Shown here piece after piece: positions 15,401-29,988 of a stretch of DNA of 64,000 nucleotides; the stretch's first letter is position 1; every line of letters begins with the position of its first letter. Position numbers and translations under genes: made by a program. Origin of the DNA: the human T2T-CHM13v2.0 reference genome, Homo sapiens; assembly GCF_009914755.1 (NCBI RefSeq), contig NC_060927.1, one strand, 5' to 3'. The notes beneath the pieces were generated by a model. The model saw nothing but the letters and a program-made list of their open reading frames with translations. It was not told the DNA's origin and did no database searches.

Positions 15401-15654
15401 GGGGAAGAATAAGGTCTGGATTTATAACATACATAACAGGTGGCCTAAAGCCTTCTGGAAGTAATAATTTCCCTCATGGGGTCAAGAGATAAGGTGGGGA
15501 AAACATGAAGGAGAATGGTCTGATAGAGAAAAATGCTGAGCCTAAGTGCCAGAACCATCATCTTTGCATACAGATCTGCTGAGTATTCAGACTTTCATTT
15601 ATCTGAATAGGAAAGCTAAAGATTTGCCACTCTTTACCTCTTTTTAGCAATGAC

Positions 15655-15900
15655 AGCAGTACCTATTACTTGTAAACTGCTTATTAAGTGCTAGGCAGTG
15701 TTCTAAGGACTATATATAATCAACTGATCTTAACACACCTCTATATGGCAGACACTGTCATTATCATCATCACCATGTTGCAGATAAAAGACTTGAAGGC
15801 AAAAGAACATAAGTAATTCATCCAAATTTGCATAGCACAGGCAGAGTGGGGGCTGGACCGCAGGCAGTGCAGCACCAGGGTCTGATCCCTAATGACACTG
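15655..15900 (-). mobile_element. MIR
   Basis: aagtgctaggcagtgttctaagga...ttgcagataaaagacttgaaggca...aagtaattcatccaa resembles the MIR core. Confidence 0.6.
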
Positions 15901-16158
15901 GATTTCTTCTAGTAAGTATGAGTACTGCATCATGGCCATCACTCAGCATGGCCATACTGCAGAAATAAGTTACGCTCTAGACTGGATGGATTTTCTCATG
16001 CAGCCATTTAATTTCATTATTCTCATTTTTCATTCACAGTTGAAATTTTCAGTCCTAAGTGAAATCTAATAATGAACATCCCAAATCTGTTCTCTTCATT
16101 AATGTAGTTACATGTTTATCAAATTAAGGATGTGATCCCATTATTAAGATACTATCTA

Positions 16159-16636
<478 letters not shown>

Positions 16637-17244
16637 TTATCTAAAACCCTATTAAATTCTGACAAATATGTATGAAAATGATTCCCTGACTCAAAATAAC
16701 CTTTCTCATTTTTCACTTCAGCTTTCTCTTTACTATTCATCAATTTATTATTTCTCTTTTATTCCTTCACTGACACAAAAATCAACTGCTTCTATATGTC
16801 TTATAAAATTGTTTCTCTGTGTAGTGCCACAGTACACCTGCTTTCTGGACAGTATATTTTCAGAATACGGATCCCATAGACTATGAAAACTTTCAAGTGC
16901 CAGTAAACGTGGACAATCAGGTTCGAAAACTTTTAACCAACAAAGAAAAAAGATGATTTATGCCCATCTCTAACTCATCTCTTTCAAGGATTATGAGAGA
17001 GACTTCTATAAGTGACTTGCAGCTATGGAATGCTGTGAACTTGTCCTAGTTAACTGGATGAGGCTAGAAGCTTCTGGATTTGGTTGCTTCCCCATGGCCA
17101 CTGCTCTTCCTTCTTTGCTACACAACCTTGATTTTGTTCAGGTACCCAAAAGCCATGTACTTTAATGATGAGTGGGAACTGGATGGGGGCGGGGGTGTAA
17201 ATCTTGGTTTGATGCAACTGTCCTCAAAGTATAGTCCTGGAGGT

Positions 17245-17595
17245 CCCCATAAACATGAGGTTCCCCCCTTTTCCAACTACATGTCTGTGTGAGGCCAGAT
17301 TTTCTTCGTGTACTTCAATCAAAACAACGTATCGCAACAGACTGAATGCAGAAGCAGATAAGAGAACCCATGTGTTCTATTGCCAGACATTAAAGAGATT
17401 TGTAAAACAGTGAAGCAATACTGTTTTTCTAACGTGTTTTGCTTTGAAAAAATACTTGTTATAAAAATATTAACATGCAACAGAGTTTATTATTATTATA
17501 AATAAACACATTTTTATGTCTCACATTTAATCTCTAATATGACAAGTATCAATAAATAGGTCCCACATAAACAAAAGCTCTTTAGAATCTTCAGG
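17245..17595. mobile_element. hAT-Charlie DNA transposon fragment
   Basis: ccttttccaactacatgtctgtgtgaggccagattttcttc...tcaaaacaacgtatcgcaacagactgaatgcagaagcagat resembles a Charlie transposase C-terminal remnant. Confidence 0.65.
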
Positions 17596-17617
17596 GTTTT
17601 TTTGTTAGTTTTTTGTT

Positions 17618-17868
17618 TTTGAGACAGGGTCTTGGTAGCTCACCGCTGCCTCCAACTCCTGGGCTTAGGCAATCTTCCCACCTCAGCCACCTGAGTAGCC
17701 GGCACTACAGGCATGTGTCACCACACCTGGCTAATCTTTTTAATTGTTTGTAAAGATGGGGTCTCACTATTTTGCCGAGACTGGTCTCAAACTCCTGGCC
17801 TCAAGTGATCCTTCCCCCTCAGCCTCCTAAAGTGCTGTGATTCCAGCCAGGAGCCATGCACCCAGCCT
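17618..17868 (-). mobile_element. AluJ-like
   Basis: Reverse-complement Alu with a partial deletion. Confidence 0.9.
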
Positions 17869-18064
17869 AAGTCTTCAGTTTTTAAGAGTGAAAAAAAGAG
17901 AGAGATCAAAGTTTAATTATGTCAGTTAATTTCTCCTGCAAGAGATTGGTTTAGGAATGAGGCAGCAATAGTAATTTTGGGAAATGATGAGAAGTTGTCT
18001 TTTGGGGGATTTCTGGGAAGTTTTTCTTTTCTCTTTTAAAAAAAAAAAAAAAAAAAAGATTCGT

Positions 18065-18400
<336 letters not shown>

Positions 18401-19814
18401 CTACTACCTCTGTTTAGGGCTGTGTTTAGAGATACTGCCTAAAGCTGCAGCAGTTCTCTCTGACCAAAGGGCAGTCGGCTGCAAGACGAAGCCAACACGG
18501 TGAGAATGGCAGGACCTGGGTCTCTGATGACATCACTGAACCAGTGAAGTAGCTGCCCCTGGAACTGCCCCATCTCAGGTCTCTTGCTTATGAGAAAATT
18601 AATATTCTTTATTGTTTAAGGCACTGTTAGTACGGTTTCTGATACTTGTACCAGAAAACATTCAGTATTTTTGGTTGGTTGTTGTTTACCAAATGTTAAA
18701 GAGTTAGAAATCAAACCAACAGATTTAAGCACAGAAAGTTAAATCCTGTTTGTGTTTTGTTCATTTCTAAATCCCAGTTGCCTTTATCTGCATGCTGTGA
18801 ATATTGATGAAAACCTCATGGCTCATCAACTCAGACTTTTCACACTGTCAAGATCCTTTCATGAGCTGAATTATTTCCATTCTTTTCCAGCAATACTCTG
18901 GGTGAAGGATTATAGCCAGAGCAGCACAAATATATCACCAACCCCTGCGAAAAAAATTAGGGCACACATTCTAATGACGGCAAGGGAGTAGCGCTACTCC
19001 CTGCAAGGACAGAGACACCTGTATTTTAAGGCCATTCAAAAGGTGAAGAAGGGAATCAAAGGAGTCAACTAGCCTTATACCCTCACTTTACAGATAAGGA
19101 AACTGAGGCCAGAAAGGCCTTGCTATATGCCCAGTCAATCCCAGCAAGAAGGATGCCTGCAGACCAACTCCATTAATCATTTATCTTGTCAGCACTGCAG
19201 GACCACAAGCATGGGTTTAATCAAGAATGAGACTTAGATTCCAGTTTCTCAAGCAATTAAGAGAGGGTAAATATTAGTAAGTAAAAAATAACTTCCCCTT
19301 TGGTATCAATCAGTTCAATTTCCAAACTGTAAGTTAGAAAGAGAAAAAGCAGGAAGGAGCTCAGTGCCCAGTATCTAATCGCAACTCACAAAGTATTTGT
19401 TAAACTAAACTGACTTTATAACAAAGTAGGATTTTCTCTAATCCAAATCAGTGTTTTCCCAGTTACAGTTAATGAATATGCCTATGATTTAAAAGAGGCA
19501 ATGATACTTAATGGGCACTTTCCCTCTCTTAGGAAACTTGAGGCTGTATTTGGAGACCTCTGATTGTGGAGCCAGATTCGGTCTCTTTAAAGAATTTTGC
19601 TCCTGAGTTCATACAAGCTTAAGTGTCCATACATTTCATGCGTTCATTTATTTGGAGTGAGAGTCAGGAGGGGAGAAGACGGTGTGAGGGGTAAAGAAAG
19701 AGAAAGGAAAATTATGGGAAAAATTAAAACATAGTCTAATCCTTACTTCACAAATGCACACACGCATACACAGAGAGCAAGAGAGAGCTGAAAATAAAGT
19801 TCTAGAAAGGATAT

Positions 19815-20058
19815 TGGTCATGGGTCCTCTGCCTTTTGGCAAGGGAGTCTTCATCACTGATGCCAGCCATCAGGTACTTGAGGCCTGTGATCCAGGTGCG
19901 GGCCTCCTCGGGGTTGGAGGTGATGAGGTCCAGGGACTCCATGTGGTTGCCATGGTAGATGGTGAAGCAGCAGCTGGGGTCGAAGTTCCCCTCAGCTTGT
20001 CTGTGGAATATTTCAGACTGCCGGCCCTCAGTCACTTTGTAAATGGAATCAATAAGTA
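19815..20058 (-). CDS. PLCH1: PLCH1 coding exon (244 bp), remainder of the PH domain
   Basis: (I)LIDSIYKVTEGRQSEIFHRQAEGNFDPSCCFTIYHGNHMESLDLITSNPEEARTWITGLKYLMAGISDEDSLAKRQRTHD(Q). Acceptor ttttcctcacAG at 20059-20060. Ends at a non-GT donor, ATATCCTTT. In frame with the previous exon. Confidence 0.96.
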
Positions 20059-20168
20059 CTGTGAGGAAAATGAGATACACACAGTTATACAGCAGGCAAA
20101 GATACTTCTTTACATGCACTAAGAAACAAGAAAAGCAAAATCATTTTAAATATTAAAAATAAGTATGA

Positions 20169-20465
20169 GGCTGGGTGCTCACGCTTGTAATCCTAGCAGT
20201 TTGGGAGGTCGAGGTGGACAGATTGCCTGAGCTCAGGAGTTCGAGACCAGCCTGGGCAACATGGTGAAACCCCGTCTCTGCTAAAATAAAAAAAAAATTG
20301 GCCGGGCACGGTGGCGGGTGCCTGTAGTCCTAGCTACTCAGGAGGCTGAGGCAGGAGAATTGCTCGAACCTGGGAGGCGGAGGTTGCAGTGAGCCAAGAT
20401 CGTGCCACTGCACAACAGCCTGGGTGACAGAGCAAGATTCCATCTCCAAAAAAAAATAAATAAGT
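20169..20465 (+). mobile_element. AluS
   Basis: Dimeric Alu flanked by taagtatga duplication. Confidence 0.95.
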
Positions 20466-20814
20466 AAGTATGAAAAAATTCACTGCCTGCAAGTTGTGGT
20501 TTCAGGTTAAATGTGAAACCCAGGCCCTGTTTTTTCCCACTAGAAACCTTCTCTGCATAACACTTGTGCTGCCTGAGCTGTCTTGACAACATTCTCCTAA
20601 GGCAATAATTCAGGACGTGTTGAAATTTGTAGTAAAAAAAAAATAGATATGTCAATTGAAGCAAAAAGACTGGTAGAAAAGGTGGCAATGACTATGTCAA
20701 ATTTGTAGTTTACATATTTGTAGAAAATATGCAAAGACCTAGAGTGGACTTTGGTGTTTTGCAACATGCATAAGAAGATCGTTAGAAAACTGAAAGGAAA
20801 AAGAATTTCTGACA

Positions 20815-21095
20815 ATCAAATAGCTGAGCTACATGGAACTGGCATTCCTAGAGAAAATGCCATAGGGCTAAGGTGGTGAAGGCAGAGCAGAGCTTGGAGA
20901 AGTGGAGAGGAACAAGCTGACACCTGAGGAGAGGCAGAAACAGATATAGAAAGATAAGGCCCATTCCAGGGATGCTGAGCAGGCCGCTTATGGTGGATTG
21001 GAAAGCTCAACAGGGAGAATAATGGGAGATAAAACTGGAAAGGTAGACAATGGCTAGATTGTGGAGTGGCTGGAATCACAGAGATTAGCATTATT
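20815..21095 (-). mobile_element. L2 fragment
   Basis: Purine-rich ggaactggcattcctagaga...ggaaaggtagacaatggctagattgtggag is typical of antisense L2. Confidence 0.5.
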
Positions 21096-21364
21096 TAGTT
21101 AGCAGAGCAAATATGAAGGTTTGGATCACTGAAGCACAGGGCAAGAAGGATAATTTCAGACTAATAAATTATTTTTGGTCTGTGTGCTTGTTTATTTTTC
21201 AGTAGGAATCAGAAGTTTGTATATCCTATTGATTATTTATATACACCATCTACCCCTCACTTCTGCCTTAATGGCAGGGTCCCAATTTTCTTCTGGTATC
21301 AACTCATTTCCCACATGACTCACAGGGAAATGAGCCTATGCTCAGCCCAAGGTTCTGCCACCTT

Positions 21365-21649
21365 TGTACTCTGGGACTTGCATCAGTGGCCCCCAGGTTC
21401 TCAGGCCTTCAACCTTGGACTTGGAATTATACCATCATCTCCCCTGCTTCTCAGGCCTTTGGACTCAAACTGAGCTACACCAACAGCTTCCCTGGTTCTC
21501 CAGCTTGCAGATGACCTATCATGTGACTTCTTGGCCTTCATAATCACATGAGCCAATTCTACTAAGTCCTCTCTCATACATCTATGTATCTATCTATCTA
21601 TCTATCTATCCTATTGATTGTGTTTCTCTAGGGAAAGCTGACTAATATA
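21365..21649 (+). mobile_element. MLT2-type ERVL LTR (3' part) containing (TCTA)n
   Basis: ggttctcaggccttc...cctggttctccagcttgcaga...cataatcacatgagccaattc...tcctattgattgtgtttctctagggaaagctgactaata. Confidence 0.8.
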
Positions 21650-22103
21650 GTGTGAGGGAAAGAAGCTTTAAGTAGGAGTCACATCAAAATGACTTTACTT
21701 GATAAATTTAAATGGTGTTGTTAATTCATTAATCACTTAATAGTGTTCAGAATATGACAATACATTTTAAAGCCCATTAGCTTTATAATGTCCCTCACCT
21801 TTTATAGGAATGTAAAACATCTCAGGCTGTAAAACCATATATTCCAACTAAATATATATATATATATCATGTCTCCAACACAGGGGAAGTATTAGCATTT
21901 ACAGCATTCATGGACAAGAAAACTTTTATGGATTTAAATTCCCCAAAGATGGTCATTATTCTGCCTCTCAATATCCAAAATCAACTATCTCCAAACTTAT
22001 AAAAGTATAAAACTTCCACAGATCTGAAGCTTCAAGAGCCCACTCAGTATAACCCGTGTGTTACTATGTCCAGCCAAGCAAAGAATTCAAAGATTTGTTT
22101 TAC

Positions 22104-22250
22104 TTTTTGCCTTCTCGCTCTTCCTAGAGGGTCGCCATCGGAGGCGTGTCCGGTGCTCATCCAGGTAAAAGAGGCGGACAAGCCCTTTGGTTCCACGTTT
22201 CAGCTTGATCATCTGTGTCCCGGACTGCATCACACTCATGCATCTTTCAA
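22104..22250 (-). CDS. PLCH1: PLCH1 coding exon (147 bp), N-terminal part of the PH domain
   Basis: Translates to (V)ERCMSVMQSGTQMIKLKRGTKGLVRLFYLDEHRTRLRWRPSRKSEKAK(I), which I recognise as PLC-eta1. Acceptor tcttttgcAG (plus ct at 22251-22252) and donor GTaaaa (plus ac at 22102-22103). Phase 1 at both ends. Confidence 0.96.
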
Positions 22251-23769
22251 CTGCAAAAGAAATTAGAGTGTATCCAGCTATCACACAATGCACAGGCATA
22301 CTGGTGTCCAGGTTTTAGAGTCAAATAAAACCTCTGATTCACCTGCAAAGACTCCAAGGACCAGAACAAATTTGGTAGGGGTAATCTGAAAAGTGAGTTG
22401 TTAAGGAATTGATTCAACAGGCTTAAGTCAGTAAAAAGCCTTACTAACAGAAAAAAAAAAAAAAAATCTACTTCCAGGTAAATAATGCAATACTTCATAG
22501 GGCTATCTTCTGTTCTGTTTTTTGGTATGAGACTTAAGACCATTTGATACTTGGATTTATGTTCTTAAAGTAAGTTCTCAGACATGATAAGTCTTGTGAG
22601 TTTTTATAGAACCAATTATAAAAGTATCTTATAATAATGCTTTAAATGCAATCAACAGAAACAAGATTGGCAAAATGCTGACTGTTGTTAAAATGGGATA
22701 ATGATTACATATGAATTCATGTTACATATTTGTGATGTTTGAAAATAGCTAAATAAATTTCTGTAAATGTAATCAGAAAAAAATCAAGTTTTCACAGTTG
22801 AACATAAAACACTTGCTGATGCATTAAACTGCTAAGATAACCCTTCTAGAAGAATAACTTGTTGAATGAATCCAGGTAATATCCAAATCACTTATAGTCC
22901 AAGTTAAAGTTGTCATTTAAATCCACTCTGCTTTGAGACAAATCTTGCTGGATATAGGAATCTGTTATTTTTGCCTGTTTCCCCTTGTTTGGTAATGGTG
23001 CCCCAACTTTTCCTTTAGAAACATTCCTCTACCATTTTGTGTGCCTTTGATGGCCTGCCAATCACCCCAGTGAAAGAGTAGACACACCTGACTTAAGCTT
23101 GGAGCAAATCTGACTCCCTCCCAAGAACATAAATCCTGAGCATATCATTGCTTGAAAACAGAACTGAACCATTCAACAACTGAGATACTCCTAGTTGGCT
23201 ACTCTAAGATGTGACAGTTGTCATAATTCTTATTCTTCCTAAGACTGACAAATGATCCCATTTTCCCCTTGATTCTGCAAGTTATCCAGTACCCTTCCAA
23301 ATATTTTTTTATTATATCAACCAGAAATAGCTTTTATTTCACAAAGATTACCAACTAATATACAGACTTATGTATAAACCATTAGAGCACTCAAAATACC
23401 TAGTTCTGAGTACCTACCTTATCAAGCAGTATGCTGTTAGAAACAACAGATAAAAGAAACACAATAAACAAACCTCAGCAACATTAGACTTCTGCTTTTT
23501 TGGCTAAATATTTTATCTTAACTAGGAAAGATAATCTCATCCAACACCTTAACATTGTATGCATAGGGTGCCTATTAAAGGTCACTTCAACATAACAAAT
23601 GTTCACAATTTACTCCATGAAGTCTTTCCTTTCCTCAAAGAAATCAAGGAGGAACTGCAAAAAATTAAGTATAGTTTCAGGATTCAATACTACAAAGAAG
23701 ATGAAGTATAGGTTGCGTTTACTCATTTTATCTGACATATCAAATTCCCAAATAATAAAATATTACTTA

Positions 23770-24068
<299 letters not shown>

Positions 24069-24494
24069 TTACTTAAAATAAACACACAAACTTGAAATGC
24101 TCACTTTAAAGCACAGAACAAAAGTTGAGATTGAGTTTGATATAAATTAGTATATTCGGCCACCACTGAGCATCACTCTTTTAGGCAATGAAAGCTACAT
24201 AGTTGAATTCTTGACAGCCACATTAACCATCTCACATGAGGAATTAAAGGTTCAAGACAAAACCACCAAATCAAACCAACCAAGCCAAAATTCCCAGAAA
24301 AGCCTATTAGAACTTCACTGACCACTGACAATAGATCATATCAATAAACAGATGTTTATAGACAAACTCCCTGTTCCAGGCACAAGACTATTTCATAAGG
24401 TGAAGCAAAGAACAAGGAGACTTTGCCTTTGACCTTAAAGAGTGTAAATTTTAAGAGAACAAAACATCTATACAGGATACTTATTAATGGCAAT

Positions 24495-24720
24495 TCAGAG
24501 CTGTGGTGAAGAATACAGTCTGTTTCCAGCTTGGGGTAGAATTCCAGATCTGCCACTTACTAACTGTATGACTACATACAGCTAGTAACTCATTTCCTTA
24601 TCTATAAAATGGGAATAATTATCTACTTCCTGAATTGAAGTAAGGATTGAATGAGTTAATTCATGTAAAGTACTGAAAACAGTAGCTGGCACATCCGAAA
24701 CACCAAAAATGGTAGCTATT
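24495..24720 (+). mobile_element. MIR
   Basis: gaattccagatctgccacttactaactgtatgac...catttccttatctataaaatgggaataat...aggattgaatgagttaat...ctggcacat. Confidence 0.8.
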
Positions 24721-25085
24721 TGTAACAGACTGAATGTGTATTTACGTCCCCAAAGACCTAACCCTCAGTGTGATAGTATTTGGAGATGGGTCTTTTGAGT
24801 GGTAATTAGAAACAGATGAGGTCATGCAAGTGGGGCCCCATGATCTCTCTCTCTCTCTCTCTTTCCCTCTCTTTCTCTCTCCACCCGCCCCCCTCCCCAT
24901 ATGAAGATACAGCAAGAAGGTAGCCATCTACCTTTTTCAAGCCAGGAAAAGAGTCCTCACCAGGAAGTGAATCTGTTGGGACTCTGATCTTAGACTTTTC
25001 AGCATCCAGCATTGTGAGTAATAAATGTCTGTTGTTTAAGCTACCCAGTCTATAGTATTTTGTTACAGTAATTCAAGCTAAGACA
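24721..25085 (+). mobile_element. MLT1A-type MaLR solo LTR
   Basis: tgtaacagactgaatgtgt...gtatttggagatggg...aataaatgtctgttgtttaagctacccagtctatagtattttgttacag...ctaagaca, with TG...CA ends. Confidence 0.85.
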
Positions 25086-25496
25086 CTGCTATAGTTTTAT
25101 TGTTATTGAAATAGTTAAAAATAAATGCCCAGTCAGAAGTAAATACAGAAATACTATGGGAGGCCAAAGAAAAAGAGAATAGAGTAGGCTGGAATGGGGA
25201 GAAATGTAGTAATAAGACACCATCAATGAAGACTTGGGTATAGGAAAGGGTATGAGTTAAGAATGATCAGAAGAAAAGAGAAAAGATGAGCCTCTATCTT
25301 TGGAAGAGTGACTCAAAAGGGAATTGACAGAATGTATGATTCCATGAGCTAGATAAAACCAGGTTGTGGGGGGACTGGGGATGCTGGTTAAGACTTTGAT
25401 CCACCAGCAATGAGAGGCTCACTAGATATATCTGTTCAAAGGATTGGCTGGCTAAAAAATATAATTTAGGAAGATGTTTCCTTGAGAAGAGAGAAT

Positions 25497-25676
25497 AAAA
25501 CAAATTGTTTAAGCCAGAGTGGAAAACCGAGTTAACTATATTATCAGAGATCTAACAGCAAGGACTGCCTATGTATCTGACACAGGAAAACAAATTGTTT
25601 ACGCCAGAGTGGAAAACTGAGTTAACTATACTATCAGAGATCTAACAGCAAGGACTGCCTATGTATCTGACACAGG
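25497..25676 (+). repeat. Tandem duplication, 2 x 90 bp
   Basis: Copies at 25497-25586 and 25587-25676 differ at 3 positions. Confidence 0.97.
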
Positions 25677-26855
25677 GTCCTCTGTTTTGTTCACAATCCC
25701 TTTCTTTCCTTTCTCAGCTCCTTTTCCTTTCCCTGAAATGGAACTGCCATGGCTATAACAGCTCAACATTTTAACAGGAACGGTATATCTGCACATTGTT
25801 TTAGCATAAAATCATATAAATCATATAATATGATTTCTATGAGACCCTGAGTCTGAAACAATAGGCTTCTTAAATTGTTTATGTAGCTGCTTTATGCTTT
25901 CTACCTGATTGCTCCCTATCACACAGAAAAGCCATTTGGATAGAGGTAAATTGAAAAATCAAGTCCACTGAAATCTTGAGAGTCATCTAACTTACTTTTC
26001 CCTTTCCCAAACAAGATAGTTGACAATGCCTTGTAATTACAAAGCTAACCAGAGATAACTGGTTAGCACCCTCAATAACTCTTTGCAACTCATTCCAGTG
26101 GGCAAAAGTCACCAACAATACATACAAAATATTCTTCCAGTCTCATCTAGATCATTTACGTGTCAGCACAAGCCACTTTCTTCCTATTCTGCCTCCAACA
26201 GAAATGATTAACAGCAGTTACCACCCCTAAAAATCATTGTCCACCCATGCTCTATTGGTAGATTCCATAAAAGAGAATAAGAATGGCTTTGCCACAGGTA
26301 AACAAGGGAAGAGTTCTAGTGGCTTAGAATGATTTAACTTCATCACACACATTTCCAGTATTGAAGGTTCTCTGAGAAAAGTCTGCAAATGCAGGTTACA
26401 AATTCTGGCAGCTGCCAATATGTTCACCATCCCTTTAATTCTACATTCTCCTTTATGGTACGCTTAAGATAGCTAAAAAAAAAAAAAAAAAGTTTATTTG
26501 GATACAATGCAGCAACATCTACCAGCCCATCACACAGCACAAATATTGTTTGTATCTGTTATGCTCTAGACCTTCACACTTGTATAAAAATGTGTTGCAC
26601 TGGTTGAAATTGTGATATTTAAGCCATTTGGCACTCTGCTTCTTTCATTTGTATTATAACAGCTTTCCATGTTTCTACAGAGTCTTAATAATTATCATTT
26701 TAATGGCTGCCTAACAGAGTAGCATAAATATTTAAAGAGCAGAACAGATGAGTCGAAGACTATATTCCTAACTTTATTACATAGCTAGAGTTTTAAAACT
26801 CTTAATAGAGTCCCATCGATAAAAGAAAAGGCATAATAATGTGGTCTACAAGGTC

Positions 26856-27146
<291 letters not shown>

Positions 27147-27564
27147 CTACAGGGTATTAAATAATTCAATTTTTTAAAATAATTAAAGTCAATCCTTTCT
27201 GCCACAAGCAGTTTAATATAAGTAAATTTCCTTAGGGGCTATAAGGTCACTAAATCCCTCAAGCAGAAAATGTTGTAAAAAATACATACTTTGGATTTGA
27301 AGTAACATATTAATATCATTTATGTTATATATGTGTATATCACTTGGCAATATACATATATAATACATATATACATATATATGATTAGTATATGTCATTT
27401 GGATATATATACACATATATGATTACTATATATCATTTGGAGGAAGGTTCCCAAGATTTCAACCAAGTATGTATGACATCTAAGAAGGTTTAATTCTTCC
27501 AATTATGTTTGAATCAGAAATAATCACATTCTGTTAGGAATGTCATACATGCCACCTGATGCTG

Positions 27565-27890
27565 ATTTTTTTTTACAGTTTTACTGAGGTGTCATTGATA
27601 TGCAGTAAAATTCAACTGTTTTAAATGTACAATTCACTGACTTCAGTTTATTTACAGAGTTGTGTGACAGTCTAATCACACAACATTTCCATTATCCCTC
27701 ATGCCCATTTGCAGTCACTCCCCATTTTCACCACAGTCCTGGACAACCACTGACCTACTTTCTATCTCAATAAATGGGCCCTTCCTGGATAGTTCATGTA
27801 AATAAAATCATATAATATGCAGTCTTTTGTGCTTGGCCTTTCACTAAGCATAATGTTTTTGAGTTTTCTATGATGACTATGTTGTTTCTT
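27565..27890 (-). mobile_element. Old L1 3' end fragment (L1M-type)
   Basis: ttttactgaggtgtcattgata...caaccactgacctactttctatctc...cactaagcataatgtttttgag. Confidence 0.7.
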
Positions 27891-28331
27891 ATCTTTTCCT
27901 TCCTCCAGCCCCGCCACATCATGCTAAACTCTTCCACTGGCACTTCGGGTAAAAATTACCCTGAATAGGAGACAGGTTGAGTAAAATAAACAATGGAGTA
28001 CTATGTAAGTGTAAAAGATAATGAGGAAGATCTCTATGAACTGATATGGAGTAACTTCCAGGAGGTTTCAATAAGACAAAGTATGAATAGGTAAATATAG
28101 TATGATATCTTTTGTGTAAGAAAAGAATGGGAAATGTTTTAAATATACAAATACCTGCTTATCATTACAAAAACGAACCCAAGAAGGATAAATCAGATAA
28201 CAATGGCCCTGTTACCTATAAGAATGACAGAAAATCGAGTAGAAAGGATAAGAAAGGGAATGACACTACTCTTAGTATCCCACATACTTAAATCAGTAAG
28301 AGTAGGAAGGGGAACAAAACAGAAAGTAACA

Positions 28332-28668
28332 CAGTCCTGCACCTCTTAAGGGTGAGGATACATTCTGAGAAATGTGTCATTAGGGGAGTTTGTCATTGTG
28401 TGAACATCATAGTGTATTCACACAGACCTAGATTGCATAGCCTATTGCACGTCTAGGCTGTATGGTATAACCTACTGCTCCTAGGCTACAAACCTGTACA
28501 ACATGCTACTGTACTGAATACTATAGGCAATTGTAACATAATGGTAAATATTTGTGTATCTAAACACAGAAAAGGTACAATAAAAATATGGTATTATAAT
28601 CTCACAGGAACCACTGTCATATATGTGGTCCATTATTTACTGAAATGTCAGTATGTGGCACATGACTA
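28332..28668. mobile_element. Tigger3a-like TcMar non-autonomous DNA transposon
   Basis: cagtcctgcacc...cattctgagaaatgtgtcattagg...ctcctaggctacaaacctgtac...gtggcacatgacta, with degenerate terminal inverted repeats. Confidence 0.8.
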
Positions 28669-29682
28669 TAAATATATAAACAGAAAGCAATCTACACACA
28701 CACACATATATACATATTTGTGCATGTATATTTGCATGTTTGTGTATATGTGTATGTTTTTATATACCTGCATATATTTCCTTGTTCTAGCCTTTGAAAG
28801 GACCAACAGGCAAAATCACTTCTAGCAGTAATATGCACACTTGGTGCTCTGATCACTCTTTGCTACAAAAGAACCTTGAGACAGATTTTCACATACAGAA
28901 TCATGACCATTCGCCAAGATTAGGGTCATACAAGAATATCACTTGCACTCTTTTGTGAACACATCTATTCTGGGACACTGATCATTGAACTGTGAATTAG
29001 CAGGCACAAAAACAACAACAACAACAAAAAAAAGTCCAGGTCCTTTGCAAGACAATCTTTTTAGTAAAAAGGTACATAAAAAATGTGAACTGATTTCCTG
29101 CCAGCTTCCACAGATTAGAGTAAATCTGAGTAATTGAAAGAGATTAGCTTCTGAAAACAATTTCATTTCTATGTGGAAAAAGTGCAAAATGATGCAGGTA
29201 ATGTTTGTCAAAAAGTAAGGAAAGGGAGATTTCCTAAAACCATCAGGGCAAACCTAAAATGTTTGTTTAATTCTCAGCACAAACCCAACACCTATTTTGG
29301 GACTTGGTACATAGCAGGTGCTGAGAGATCTAGTTTATGGCATGGCAGCTTGATAACAGCATCTGCCCACAGTTTTGTGGGCACAAAGAAGGGAGCAAAC
29401 AGAGTTCTGGTCTGGGCTCTGTCACTGGCTGTGTGAACTTCAGAAGGTAACTGAATATCCTACTTTCCTCAACCTAAAAAGGCATTTTTCTCTATGTTCT
29501 GTGAGTTTATAAAACAGCTGATCTAGCTTCCATAAATGTTATTTTATCTTTCAATGAGAAAAAATTCCAGTTCTTCTGAAAGCTTTTTAGAATAATTTTA
29601 AAGAAAGAAACTGATTAACATCTGGGTGTCTTACTACAGACATGATTTTTTTTTAATGATCTCTATATAAAACATAACTGCT

Positions 29683-29985
<303 letters not shown>

Positions 29986-29988
29986 ATA

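Noticed and set aside
19754-20122. 122 aa plus-strand ORF
   Set aside because: Antisense shadow of the PLCH1 exon with no independent support.
24356-24556. Minus-strand ORF starting MADLEFYPKL, resembling the PLCH1 N-terminus as I recall it (MADLEVYKNL)
   Set aside because: It starts with GTG, lies in a MIR, and the similarity ends after a few residues. Treated as coincidence. I did not find the true upstream coding exon in this window.
27315-27440. TA-rich tract with duplicated tatatgatta.tatat.tcatttgga
   Set aside because: Degenerate microsatellite expansion, which is common.
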